This document shows positions 1 through 11,867 of a DNA stretch of 64,000 bases, one piece after another. Position 1 is the first letter of the stretch. Every line of letters starts with the position of its first letter. Location of the stretch: assembly GCA_964016885.1 (NCBI GenBank), contig OZ024742.1, forward strand, positions 107,384,001 to 107,448,000, given 5' to 3'. Below the pieces are notes generated by a model. The model was not told where the DNA came from. It was given only the letters and a program-made list of their open reading frames with translations, and did not search any database. The position numbers and the translations under genes are program-made. Source of the DNA: Eledone cirrhosa. Its lineage: Eukaryota.

Positions 1-211
1 GCTGTTGTTAAACATTGCCTCAAAAGTCCTGTCTAACCCATGACAACATGGAAAAGTTGGTATAAAAACGCTGATGTATATATCATCATCACCGTTTTAT
101 GTCCCTTCTTCCACTCTAGCATGGGTTAGACGAGTTGTCCTGTTGTTAGCAATGCTAGGTCAGGTGAACATGTCTTGCTTATACAGAACCGATTTTGGCT
201 TCATTTCTACA

Positions 212-247
<36 letters not shown>

Positions 248-1007
248 GTACACACACACACATCCGCTTTTTTTGTGTTTCTATGGATACTGGTATATAC
301 CACTAAACATTTATTTTCCAGCGATACTGCTATACATTTTTTTTATAACTAGCATAAACTGTCACTGCAGGTTTTAAATGGTGTCGATATTGAGTTCCTG
401 GTAGCTGGCATGCACAATATATATATATTGTGGTTGGCATTAGGAAGAGCATCCAGCCATAGAAACCAAGCCAAAATCAGTTCTGTGTGAGCAAATTCAC
501 TGTCCCCCCGAACTGATTTCTCACAAAGGGACAGCCCATGATAGCGTGGAAGAAGATGATGATATATATAAAGGTGTACCACACATACACACATGACAGG
601 CTTCCTGCCTGCAATTTCCATCTGTCAGATTCACTCAAGGCATTAGTTAGTACAGGGCTAAGGAAGACTCCCCAAGGTACCTTGTGTTGGACTGAACACA
701 AAACATGGTTCTGAAGTGAACTTCATAATCACACAACCATCCTTGCACCTACTATATGAGCATGGAAAGCAGACTTGATATTAGCTGCTTTGTACTTCAT
801 ATGTAGCTACCTGCACTAGCTTAGGCAGCATATGCTCCTGTGCTAATTCTAATTTACTAACTTAAATAGAAAAATATTGTATAACTATCCTGTTTTAAAA
901 TACTTTATGGCAAAGTAAATCAAAATGTCTTGCAGTTAGTCGTGTAAATTTCATTGTCTTTATCTGTCAAAGCCACTTCACAACAAAGATCTATTTTCTT
1001 GTGTTAG

Positions 1008-1120
1008 ACGATGATGTGGACGACTGCATTACTAAAGACCAGCTGGAGCAGGCTGCTAGCATGCTTTATGGACTAATTCATAATAGATATATCCTAACCA
1101 ATGCTGGTCTCAGTACTATG
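1008..1120 (+). CDS. CSNK2B: CK2beta alternative (duplicated) exon, paralogue of exon 2289-2404
   Basis: Acceptor ttttcttgtgttAG (ends 1007), donor ATG|GTAAGA (1121). 113 nt, phase 1 to phase 0, no stop. Translates (D)DDVDDCITKDQLEQAASMLYGLIHNRYILTNAGLSTM, homologous to CK2beta residues ~59-97. Confidence 0.8.
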
Positions 1121-2288
1121 GTAAGAATTTGTCTGCTTCCTGCCATGATCCTTTTGTATGTTTAAAAAAAATTGTTCTTCCTATTTTTTTGCCTTGCATA
1201 CTCTGACATTCTCAATCTGAAATGCCTTCGGCTGTGTTTGTTTTTCCTGCCTAACTTTAATACCTATTTGAGAGAATTTAGTTCAGGATAGCTAAATTTT
1301 ACATTTTTGATGCTTCTGTCTATATTATTTACTGTATTGTGTCTGGAGAAAAAAAGTTGCTAATAGACTATGCTGGATTAGAACTGTCAATTCATGTAAA
1401 ATTGGTGCAGTCAGTATGAATCTTGAAGAGTTAACATTTAGGATGTTGTGGGGTCAGATGAGGAAGTGTTGGTGCCATGATAAAAAGCACACAGTTCACC
1501 CTATAATGGTTATGCCAGAGTCGCAGTAAAATGCCAAAAACGGAGTATACGAGCAAGATGTAGTCACCTCACCTGTCTAACCTCAGTATGTGACTTCCCA
1601 TCTAATTCATGCAAATATGAAAAATAAACGTTAAATGGTGATGATGATATCAATAGAATACATACTCCAAGATGGAATTTTGATTAATAGACAGTATATT
1701 TCCCTTTTTCCTGTTAAAGAAACTATACTTTCTAAACAGTTGTTCAGCCAATTTTGGCAAAAGGATTTCCAAAGGTACATGAAAATAGATGTTTGGCTGA
1801 GTAACAACACTTAAATATCTTCAAAACATTTGTTGTAAATACTTATATATTTAATTAATAAGCAGTTATAAGAAATAGAGATAATGACATAACTAGCTTA
1901 TAAATATCAACTAATTAGAATAAATCTAAGTGATCATTTAATTAAAATCTGAAACATCATATAGTACTTAGAGTTTACTGCTATTAATAGCATCAATTGT
2001 TTATATAGAATTTAGATTTGATTGAAGGACTTGGGTTATGTGTTTTCTCCTCATAATTTTTGTGGTGGTGTTTATTTTCTGATGAATGTTTTAAGTTTGC
2101 ATCTAATTCCTAAATACTTTTTTTTTCTATTTATATTTTACACACACACACACACATATATACATATATACAAAATGTGTGTAAAATAAAATTGTTTATA
2201 TATATATATATCAATTGATTCTGAAGAGTTATTGATCAGAATTGGTTGAGTGAGAGTTGATGGCTGTAAATGATTTATCGTTATACAG

Positions 2289-2404
2289 ATGATGAACTTG
2301 AAGATAATCCAAACCAAAGTGATTTGATTGAGCAAGCTGCTGAGATGCTGTATGGTTTGATCCATGCACGTTACATAATGACTAATAGGGGCATAGCTCA
2401 AATG
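2289..2404 (+). CDS. CSNK2B: CK2beta canonical exon (acidic loop and following helices, human residues ~59-97)
   Basis: tatacAG|AT...ATG|GTAAGC. 116 nt encoding (D)[38 protein letters not shown], nearly identical to human CK2beta. Confidence 0.97.
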
Positions 2405-4751
2405 GTAAGCTTAGCCATCGACCAGCTTTTCTACTACTTTCTATTGCTCTTCTATTTAAAATATATTTTTAGTAGATATAGCTGATGACTTTCATTAGCA
2501 TGTTGAGTCTTCTCAATCATTTAATTCCTTTTGAAATCATTTGAAGAGGGGTTGGGGATTAAATGTTGTTAGACATTGTGCTTACGTTTGTTTAAAATTA
2601 TTCATCTCATTAATTGGAAATGAATGTATGGACCTGCAACTTCTGATGGAGTTGTAGGTGTGTCATGATGAGATACAGCATGTCTTAGGCATTTTAAAAC
2701 TAGTGGAGTCCATCCCCTCTCCAGGTCTGAACATGGCTGGTTTCTTTGAGAAGGAGGAAGTGATAAAAAAAAAGAAATATAGGGAGAATCAACTCGTGTT
2801 GAAATGATACTTTTTTTTATTGATCTCAGAAGGATAAAGGGGAAAGTTGACCTCAGGAAGTTTTGAACTTAATGGAGCAGAGAGCTGGAATGAATATCCC
2901 AAAACATTCTATCCAACATTCTAACAACTCTGCTAATTCACTGCCTTGTATATGAAACAATCATAGCTTTAAATTTTGAAGCCCTTTTTTCCCCCTGTTT
3001 AGTCAGATAGGTAAAAACAAGAGACATGACCACTTGAGGGGCCTCTGAAATTGGTGGGTGGAAGGAAGGGATCATCAAACTGGAGATTTTGAAACAATGT
3101 GAACTCCACTAAAAATACCCAAGAACCAGGTGCTGGTGTTAAACTGGACAATAGATTAAATTAGGCTACTGTGGGACTTGAACTCAAAATACAAAGAGGT
3201 GGGACAAATACCACAGGGCATCTCATCCAATGCTCTAACCATTCTGCCAAGCCACTGCTCTAGACAGATAAGTTATTTACCCAGAAAGGGAAGAAAGGAA
3301 ATGTTGATCTGGGCAGGATTTAATCTAAAGTACACAGAGCCAAAACAAATACTGCAAGGTATTTTGTCCTACTCTCTAACAACTCTGCCAATTCACTTCC
3401 CTATTCTACTTGTTTCAATCAGCCCAACTAATATATATGGCAAGACCAGGAATCAGAGAGGAGACGAGTGTTAGTAAATGTAAAAGTCAAAAGGAAGGCA
3501 GAACAACATTAATTTTTCTTTTCGTTGGTGTCATACTGGTTGAGATCATGTAGTATGAGTAGCTGATGAACAGAAAAGTTTGTTTTTGTCCTGTTTTCCA
3601 TTTGAATAATATATATATATATTTTTTTATTAACATCAGAATAGTTGATATTAAGGTAGGAAGCAGTTGTTAGTGAAACGTTCTATGTGTTGTGAGTAAA
3701 TGTTCAAATTTGACAGCAGTGTCCAACCCATTCTCGTGTGAACTGACTGATTATTGTAATAGTTTAATTAGTTATATTATCTATTGATTACATGATTGTT
3801 CTTTTTATATCTGCTTACTAAACTATCGATTTTAACCATTTTAAACTGTGGCTTATTTCTGTTTTCTACACCCAATAAATCGCAATTATAATACTAACTA
3901 TCTTCTACTTTAATCAAGTTTTTAGTATATTTAGGGCATGCCATACATTAGCCAATACTCCCTACAACCTCAATTTTTTGTTATTTCTATTAATTATATT
4001 TTTATCAAATGTGAATATTTGTTACTGTAACTGATTCAAACTTAATAACATTCAAAATATAGGTGGAAATTCATCATAATCACTGTGTTAATGTCCATTT
4101 TCCAGACTTGCATGGGTTAGATGGGTTGTCATGTTCTGAGACCAGGCGGGTCAGGTGTACACATCTTGCTCATATTTTCTGTTTAGGCATAGTTTCTATG
4201 GCTGGATGCCCTTCCTAATGCCAAACACTTTACAGCATGTACTGGGAGCTTTTGTTCATGGCACCAGTACTCCACCTTACGGGGTGAATTTGGTGTTTTA
4301 TGTGCTATGCGTCATGGGGTAGGTTTGAAGAAAGTGAGTTGCGTATCTTGCTTCCATACATGTATGGGTTGGACATGGTAGAGGAGGGAGCACATCATCG
4401 TTGCCTTGTAAAAAATACATTTACAGCTTGGTTCTGTTCTTTCCACTAATTCCAACAATTGGGGCTTCTATATGGTCGCTCAAGTTGCAAAAGATAACAG
4501 GCAGATCTTTTCAGATCACACCAGAGTGCAGGCATGGTAGAATGGTTTAAAAGTTTCCTTTGGATTCATAAGTGAGTTTCATTCAAATATGTAGCATATT
4601 AGGCAAATATCTTGTATCATAGCTTCATGTCAGCTCAAGCTGAATCTTCTGTGGAATGCTCAGACACTTGCATGTTAATTTCACAAGCAGGCTGTTCTAT
4701 TATTGTATAACTGGGATGCTCATTGGGACCAGCTAAGGTCCAATATGTGTG

Positions 4752-5138
4752 TCATCATCATCATCATCATCGTTTAACGTCCGTGTTCCATGCTTGCATG
4801 GGTTTGGACGGAGGGTTTTCCCACTTGAGGCAAGAGTGGTTATCTTGCTCGCATAGGACTGTCTGGCGGGCTTTCTACAGCTGGATGCCCTTCCTAACAC
4901 CAACCACATTTACAGTGTGGGGCTGGGAGGTTTTTACCGTGTTGCCTACACGGCCACATTACAGCGTGGACTGTGTGTTTTTTTGACGTGACACCTACAC
5001 GATCTCATTTGTTTCGGCCTGGATGTTGTGGCACCAACATAACTTTACATTGAAAGGGGCGGGGTGGGGGTGGTGGGACGGGGGTGTATTTTGTTAGAGA
5101 TGCCTACTGACTGTAGTAGGTTTTACTTTGTATTTAGG
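4752..5138 (-). mobile_element. RTE-type LINE 3' UTR copy with (GAT)n tail
   Basis: Reverse complement of 59556-59955 and of the 3' UTR that follows the RTE ORF at 41564-41953; (CAT)n at the left end. Confidence 0.85.
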
Positions 5139-5423
5139 TATATGTATATATATATATATATGTATATATACACACACACCTGCCTATGTATCAGCAAAGA
5201 AACTGCCAATTAATTGATTTGTTGAACAAAGAAGGTACCTTGTGGTATTTAGGCCATTGACTTGACCATTTGGTAAATGATCAATAAAGTACCAATGTAC
5301 TAGAGAAAGGTAATCAACTAAATCTTAGGAAAGTTATGCGATGTTCAAAAGTTTTTGCTTCTCTTCACTAGCAGTTGGATTTTTATTTTTACTTTACTAT
5401 TTTATATTTTAAAATAACATATA

Positions 5424-6119
5424 CAAGGTGTGTTGAAAAAGTATCTGACTTCCGTTTTCTCATATGAAGTGCTGGCATTAGGGAGATAAGTGGGCAGGGT
5501 GGAGCCACATACATTCATGTGCATGTATGGTTTGTGCTGAGCTCACTGGATGCATTAGTCGTTGTCAGGCAGCCAACATATGAGGTGTTGAATTTTCATT
5601 TCACTCGATACTGCTAACAAGGTTCCTGAGTTCATGAATACCTTGATAATTAGATATAAGTTGTGTATATAGGTACAACCTAGAAACCAAAGCTTAGTCA
5701 TGACTAGAAGCATCCAATATCACCAAGGCTCAAGAAAGCACCTTAGGTGCACAGCAAGGAATTCTTCTAGCATCTTGATGATGAATCATGACAATGGCCT
5801 ATCTCATTTGTCTCAACTGATCCAAAGTTTCTTGGCAAAGAAAGGTATTTCGCTTATTTGTGGCACCTTACCCTCCAGGCATGGCTCCTTCTGACTTCTG
5901 GTTGTTCCCAAAAATGAGAATGCCACTGAAAGGCTTAGAGAGCCAAGGAGGCGTCATGCAGACTATGACAGCAAAACTGATGGCCATTCCAGATGTGCTT
6001 TCAACAGTGAAAGGATCACTGGGCTAGGGGGCCTAATTTGAAAGAAATAAGCAATTTAACCCCACCGAGTATTTTTTCCACACGCACACCCAAGTTAGAT
6101 ACTTTTTCGATACACCTCA
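5424..6119 (+). mobile_element. Internally deleted mariner (Tc1/mariner) remnant in a CK2beta intron
   Basis: Imperfect TIRs aggtgtgttgaaaaagtatctgactt / aagttagatactttttcgatacacct. Decayed transposase motifs HDNG.SH (~5787) and PYPPGMAPSDFWLFP (~5866), corresponding to the mariner HDNA and YSPDLAP motifs. Confidence 0.8.
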
Positions 6120-6479
6120 AATACTAATGGACAAGGGTTTCTACATTTGCAACTTTATTTATGCAGTTCTTAAATTCAACATTTTTTTAAATTATAATTT
6201 TCATCTTATATTTTGAACAATTTAACCTAAAACACTTGATGTCATATATAGTTTTCGAAAACTTACTTTACTGTCACAAATAAACATTAAAATACTAACC
6301 CAGTATCTGAAAATTAAGTAGTATTAAATAATTATAAATATTCTAAGTATCCAATTATATTAACAGGAATATAGACAACTATAAAATTCCTGTTTAGAAG
6401 TGATTTACATTGAATTTGAATTACCATTTAGCTCTGCTATTAGTTGTCTATCATGAAAATAATGTTTTTTTTTTGACAG

Positions 6480-6555
6480 ATTGAAAAATGGCAGCAAGGT
6501 GATTTTGGTTACTGTCCTCGAGTTTATTGTGAGAACCAACCGATGTTACCTATTG
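6480..6555 (+). CDS. CSNK2B: CK2beta exon, first half of zinc finger
   Basis: ttttttgacAG|ATT...ATT G|GTGAGT. 76 nt encoding [25 protein letters not shown](G). Confidence 0.97.
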
Positions 6556-8928
6556 GTGAGTTTGTTAATTAAATCTTCTTGTTTCTCAGGGATGGAAAGG
6601 TATGCTGGTTCTCACCTGACTCTCACTTCTGGCTCCAGAACATTTTTTAAGTAACATCCCAATAACTGCTTCTGCTATCGAGCTACACTTAGTGTGTGTG
6701 GTGGGGCTTGGAAAAGAAATAGGCATCATCAAGCATTTCTAATGCCCACTGAAATGCCATAATGTCAAATGTCTGGAGTGGCACCCTAATAACTGGATGT
6801 ACCAGTTACAAAAACGTGATATTCATTTCAGTCATTTGTAAACATATTAGTTATCAATTGAAACTCTATTACTTTTTAAGTGTATTCCTGGCAAACGCAT
6901 TCCATTTATCTCTAAACTTATATTGAAGCTAATATGAGTCTGTCACCTAGTTTAACACCACCATCGCCTGATCAGTTGGTTCTTTGTTGTAAATATTTTG
7001 GTCAGTTCTCTGGTGTGAAGATAACCTCATTCTACCAGGCTTAAAAGCACTCATCATCATTGTACATTCGCTTTTCTATACTTGCATATGTTGGATGTGT
7101 CTTTTCCAGCATAGCACCCCTTCACTAATTGTGTTCTTTCGTTATCTCTTCTGTGAGCTTCAGCAATTTGAGATCAGCTCTCACTGCAGCTTCTTCACAC
7201 TAGGATATCCTCACTTAATGATATCATAATTGGTGCTGGACTTCCTCTTAAAAAGTAAAAAAATAGTTAAATGGAGTGCCAGGCAGACTGAAATAAATTT
7301 ATATGGATTCAAATTCTGTATTTCCAGATATTTTTGTAAATACTGATAAAGTATTGTGTTGGTCTGACCTATCCAACCCATGCTGGCATGGGAAAATAAG
7401 CATTAAATAATGATGATAGTGGTCTAATTGACTTTGAAGAACAGCAAATCATTAGGAATACAAATAGAATAGCTACAATTCAACTGAATGATCAGTATGG
7501 CTCAAGAAGCTTTATTCTAACCTACTTCTTTTGCCACAATAATAAATAGTAAACAGTGTTACAAAATGGTTGTTCAAACAATTCACATAAGCCCTTTTCT
7601 GTTTGTGATGGAAAGTATTTATTGAAAAGTTGAGAAGACTCTTAAGTTGTGTCATGGCCATGACAACAACGCTAGTGTTGGTTATCTACATGATAAATGC
7701 ATTAATGCATTCAATAAATTGGTTGGTGATAAATAGAGCACCCAGCAATGTAAGATCTGCCAAACCAAAGGGTCAGGAGGTCTTCTCAGGGATGTCAAAG
7801 ATGTGACAATGTCCTTAGTGCTGCTGCCACAATAAAAGGTACTCAATAGAGCACAGGATCATGTGTAAGATGTAGATCCCAGCCTGTCTGAGCATTCAGT
7901 AGAGTACAGAAATGTAAAACGCAGGCCCCTGGCCTGTGTGAGTACTTGGTAAAGTGTGAGGCCATATGTAAGTAGAATGCAAGCCTTGGGGCCCATCTTA
8001 GAAATCAGTATCTTCACTTGAGCACTAACTCAATCTGTGATACCCCATTCAATCCTTGCTATCGGGGAAATGATGCTGGTGGTGATGAAAGACATCAGTT
8101 TCTGGAAAGTTGTGAATGGATTCTGATTGGGAGTTTGTCAGAAAAGTGATAAATCTCAAAATCCTTTAATGATTTAACAAAAAAATGTCTAAGAATGGAT
8201 TTGTTAATTCAAATGTTTAGAGTACATTTACCGGTGGACAGATCTTTGTGAAAATTTGTAGTATTGAAGACTTTAATTTTTAATTTGATGCAAAAATCAT
8301 ACTTTTCAAAGAATGTCTTGCGAATGCAGTTTCATGTGATACAAGGTGTTAAGAATTGATTACATAATAACAACTTTTATATTGAACTTTAAAAGTCAGA
8401 TTTACTATGGTGAGTGAAAGTTATTTGTTGAACTATGTGTTGACTACTTTGCTGGTTTTTAACTGGGTGACTGATCCTTCACTCATTCTATTGATCACTG
8501 GCAGCTTCACTGATACACTGGCAAGCTAAACCTGTACTGAAAATAGGTCTGTGGGCATTGTCATCATCATGGGTTAGATGGGTTGTCACGTACAGTAGCT
8601 AGACTGGTCAAGTGATTATGTCTTCTCATATGCTCTGGTTTTTGTGGCTGGATCCCTTTCATAATGCCAACCACATTACAGCATTTTATTGTGGCACCAC
8701 CACTGGTGCATAGTTATGTATATGAAAAGCTGATGTAGAACCCATAAATATCATTTCTTGGGTTTGGATTTTTCATATCTTAACAGGTGTTAATGTATTG
8801 TTAGAGCTTATAGAAAAATTGTTGGCTAGTAGATGCTTTGATAAATTTAGCCTTTATTGTATTATAAAATAAAACATTTTCTCTTTGAATACTTCAGTTA
8901 CTTAAGTTACCTTTTTTCTATTTGATAG

Positions 8929-9118
8929 GTCTCACAGATGTACCTGGTGAAGCAATGGTAAAGTTGTATTGTCCAAAATGCCAAGATGTTTACACACCCA
9001 AATCTTCTCGTCACCACCACACTGATGGAGCATATTTTGGCTCTGGTTTCCCACACATGTTGTTTATGGTCCATCCTGAATACAGACCCAAGCGTCCTGC
9101 AAACCAGTTTATTCCAAG
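8929..9118 (+). CDS. CSNK2B: CK2beta exon, second half of zinc finger
   Basis: ttttttctatttgatAG|GT...CCA AG|GTAGAG. 190 nt encoding [63 protein letters not shown](R). Confidence 0.98.
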
Positions 9119-9832
9119 GTAGAGAGCTGTTCTCTTATATTTCATATTTTCAGCATCATCTACAAGTAGATGATGTGAACAGATACTAAAGAGCTGTGAC
9201 TGGTATAATGAGATTGAAATGAAGTGGGAGTGTTTCTGGATAGTGGGGGGGTGATGGTGAGAATAGATACTAAACAACAGTGACGGGAAGGGGCAAGATG
9301 TATATATATATAAACATATATACATATATATTACCGTCTAACCGATGCTAGTGTGAAAAATGGACATTAAACGTTGATGATGATATATTAATGTGGTAGA
9401 ATGATATACAAATAAGACTAGCCGAAACGTTCTGAGGGCAAAAAATTGCCCCCAAACTATATCACACTGTGTACAAGTGTTTACTTAGTAAGATTGTATG
9501 TTATCTCTTGGTAACATGATTTACATTAGTATGTTGATTTAAATCTGAATAGGTAAATGTGGGCAGTTAGTTTCAAGTTCTTTAAAATACAACAATGGAA
9601 CAATTTCAGCATGTAATGAAAACGTTAAATACTTGCATCTGTTTTTGTGGATCTCCCATCTGACTTACATTACTTACCCTCTACTTTATGATGTCCTTGT
9701 CTACTAGTGACAGCTTATTTCTGATATGGTTCAGACTTAGTGACTGGGATGTCTATCTCAGAAGTTAACCTTGTATGAACAGTAGACTATACCTATATAC
9801 CCTCTTTGTGTGCTATAGTTTCTAAAAATCTT

Positions 9833-10245
9833 GCTAGCGTGGAAGATAGACATTAAACGATGATGATGAAGATAGACGTTAAACGATGATGATAATGAAG
9901 ATAGACGTTAAACGATGATGATGATGAGTAGTTAGATTCATACATTTAGTAAATTCAGATAGTGCTGGTGCCACAATAAAATACATTCAGTACACCCTTT
10001 AAAGTAGTAGTGCTGGTGTCACGATAAAATTCACCTAGTCCACTTTGTAAAGTAGTAGTACTGGTATTACAAAAAATGCATCCAGTCTACTCAAGATGGC
10101 AGGTATTGGGAAGAGTATCCAGCCATAGAAACCATGCCAAATATAGAACGTATGAGGAAGATGATAATGTTCCGATCCATCTGGTTTCAGGCTGTGACAA
10201 CCCGTCTACCCCATTTCAGCACAGAAAGCAGACATAAAAACGATG
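9833..10245 (+). mobile_element. RTE-derived 3'-end fragments with internal tandem amplification
   Basis: aagatagac(a/g)ttaaacgatgatga x3 (9842-9927); ~48-bp module tagtgctggtgccacaataaaa...taaagtag x3 (9960-10090); then the ggaagagtatccagccatagaaac motif shared with other copies. Confidence 0.7.
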
Positions 10246-10444
10246 GGAATAGAAGAAATGTATTTTTGAGAAGCTGCTGATGGTGCTTCAAATATTCAGT
10301 ATGAAAGATCAGAGAGGGTTGTAAGACATGTTTAGGGTATATATATATAGAGATAGATTTATGGACAGTTTGAATTTGTTTGATGAAGTATTCAATGTTC
10401 TCACTTGATTATCATTTAATTTTGTGGTTTTCATCTCTTTCCAG

Positions 10445-10553
10445 ATTATATGGTTTCAAGATTCACCCATTAGCATATCAACTCCAGTATCAGGCTGCTG
10501 CCAATTTCAAAATGCCTATTAGAGGAATGGGACACAGTAATAGCAAAAGGTAG
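10445..10553 (+). CDS. CSNK2B: CK2beta last coding exon (CK2alpha-binding tail)
   Basis: tttcatctctttccAG|A TTA TAT GGT..., encoding (R)[35 protein letters not shown] with TAG at 10551-10553. Confidence 0.96.
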
Positions 10554-10566
10554 GCTACAGTGTCAA

Positions 10567-10655
10567 CCACATGTGCTGACTCTTGAGCAGACCAGCTGTC
10601 AGTTCCTGTTTAGCCACATGTGCTGACTCTGAGCAGACCAGCTGTCAGTTCCTGT
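10567..10655 (+). repeat. Tandem duplication (~47-bp period) in CK2beta 3' UTR
   Basis: ccacatgtgctgactc(t)tgagcagaccagctgtcagttcctgt occurs at 10567 and 10614. Confidence 0.9.
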
Positions 10656-10690
10656 GAAACAAAAAACAAAAATGAATCTTCGTTACTGAC

Positions 10691-11775
10691 AATAAAAACA
10701 CTTCCTGTCTTTTATTTTATATTTTTTTTATTTTTTATTTTTTTTATATCTAGCAATCAGTTTTGAACTCTCATCTAGCAGCAACAAACATTTGTAATTT
10801 TACTGGCTGTTACTATGAAAACTCCAGCTGGGTTGTTTTTTTTTTTTTGTTTTTTTTTTTTGTAATCTGCACGTGGAAGTGTCTGAAAAGATGGACAAAC
10901 AACTACTTTGGAAGTGGAAAGAAAAAACAATTACTGTTCTGTTACTTATATTAATATTCTGGAGGCTCTTTTTTTCTTTTTTCTTTTTTTTCTCCTGTTT
11001 CTATGGATCTTCTGGCTGAAATGATAAACTGTATTAAGTTGTTTTGATAATAATATTTGCATCTCTTCTTAAGAATGCTTAAGACGATATGGCATTTGAA
11101 ATAAAGAAGAATTAACATGGGAATGAGAAATATTGTGTTTGTGTGCATGAGTGAATAACGTTTATTTCAATAGCTTCAATTGGCATTATTGTCCAACATC
11201 ACCATCTCATTGGTGATTAATACAACTGGTACAGGACAGTTGTCAATGAAACATCACCATCTCATTGGTGATTAATATAACTGGTACAGGACAGTTGTCT
11301 ATGAAAAACTGAACAAATCTTACCCTTCCATAGTATTTGTTAGTCACCTAATCTTGACTCCGCATACTTATGGTGTGAATAAATGCAACATTATATAATT
11401 TCTCCATAAGTAATAGAAAAAACTTATTTTATTTTACTGTGACTTCATCTGGTTTCCTTGTTTTAGACAAGGAGTCTTTCACTGACCCTTTTCATCATTT
11501 CTACCTCCACCCCTTCATCATCAGGTGTGAACACACCAAAATGACTTACTACATTTAAAGCAAACTAAATTTGTATCTCTTAACTTATTTTCCCCCCCAT
11601 CAAGACTAACAACAGTGGATCTTAGACTGCAAGATCTAACCCAATTACACTTTTATATATATATGTATATATATATATATAGGTATGGAACTCACGTCTT
11701 CTCTTTCCTCTGAATTTCACTCGCGTTTTCCTTGCTAGAAAGCTTGCAGTGACTGTATATTTATGCATCAATAAA
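10691..11775 (+). promoter_or_regulatory. Candidate CK2beta polyadenylation signals
   Basis: AATAAA at 10691, 11378 and 11770 downstream of the stop; the first is followed by a U-rich tract. Which is used cannot be told from sequence. Confidence 0.45.
11195..11305 (+). repeat. Tandem duplication (55-bp period) in 3' UTR region
   Basis: aacatcaccatctcattggtgattaata(c/t)aactggtacaggacagttgtc(a/t)atga occurs at 11195 and 11250. Confidence 0.9.
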
Positions 11776-11823
11776 ATCAATTCTTCTATCTTTTAACACA
11801 TCTGACTTGCTTTAGCTGTTTTA

Positions 11824-11867
<44 letters not shown>

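Noticed and set aside
1008-1120. Processed pseudogene or separate CK2beta paralogue
   Set aside because: Homology stops exactly at exon boundaries with intact AG/GT, and no duplicates of the downstream exons are present. Upstream exons lie outside the window, so a partial gene duplication is not fully excluded.
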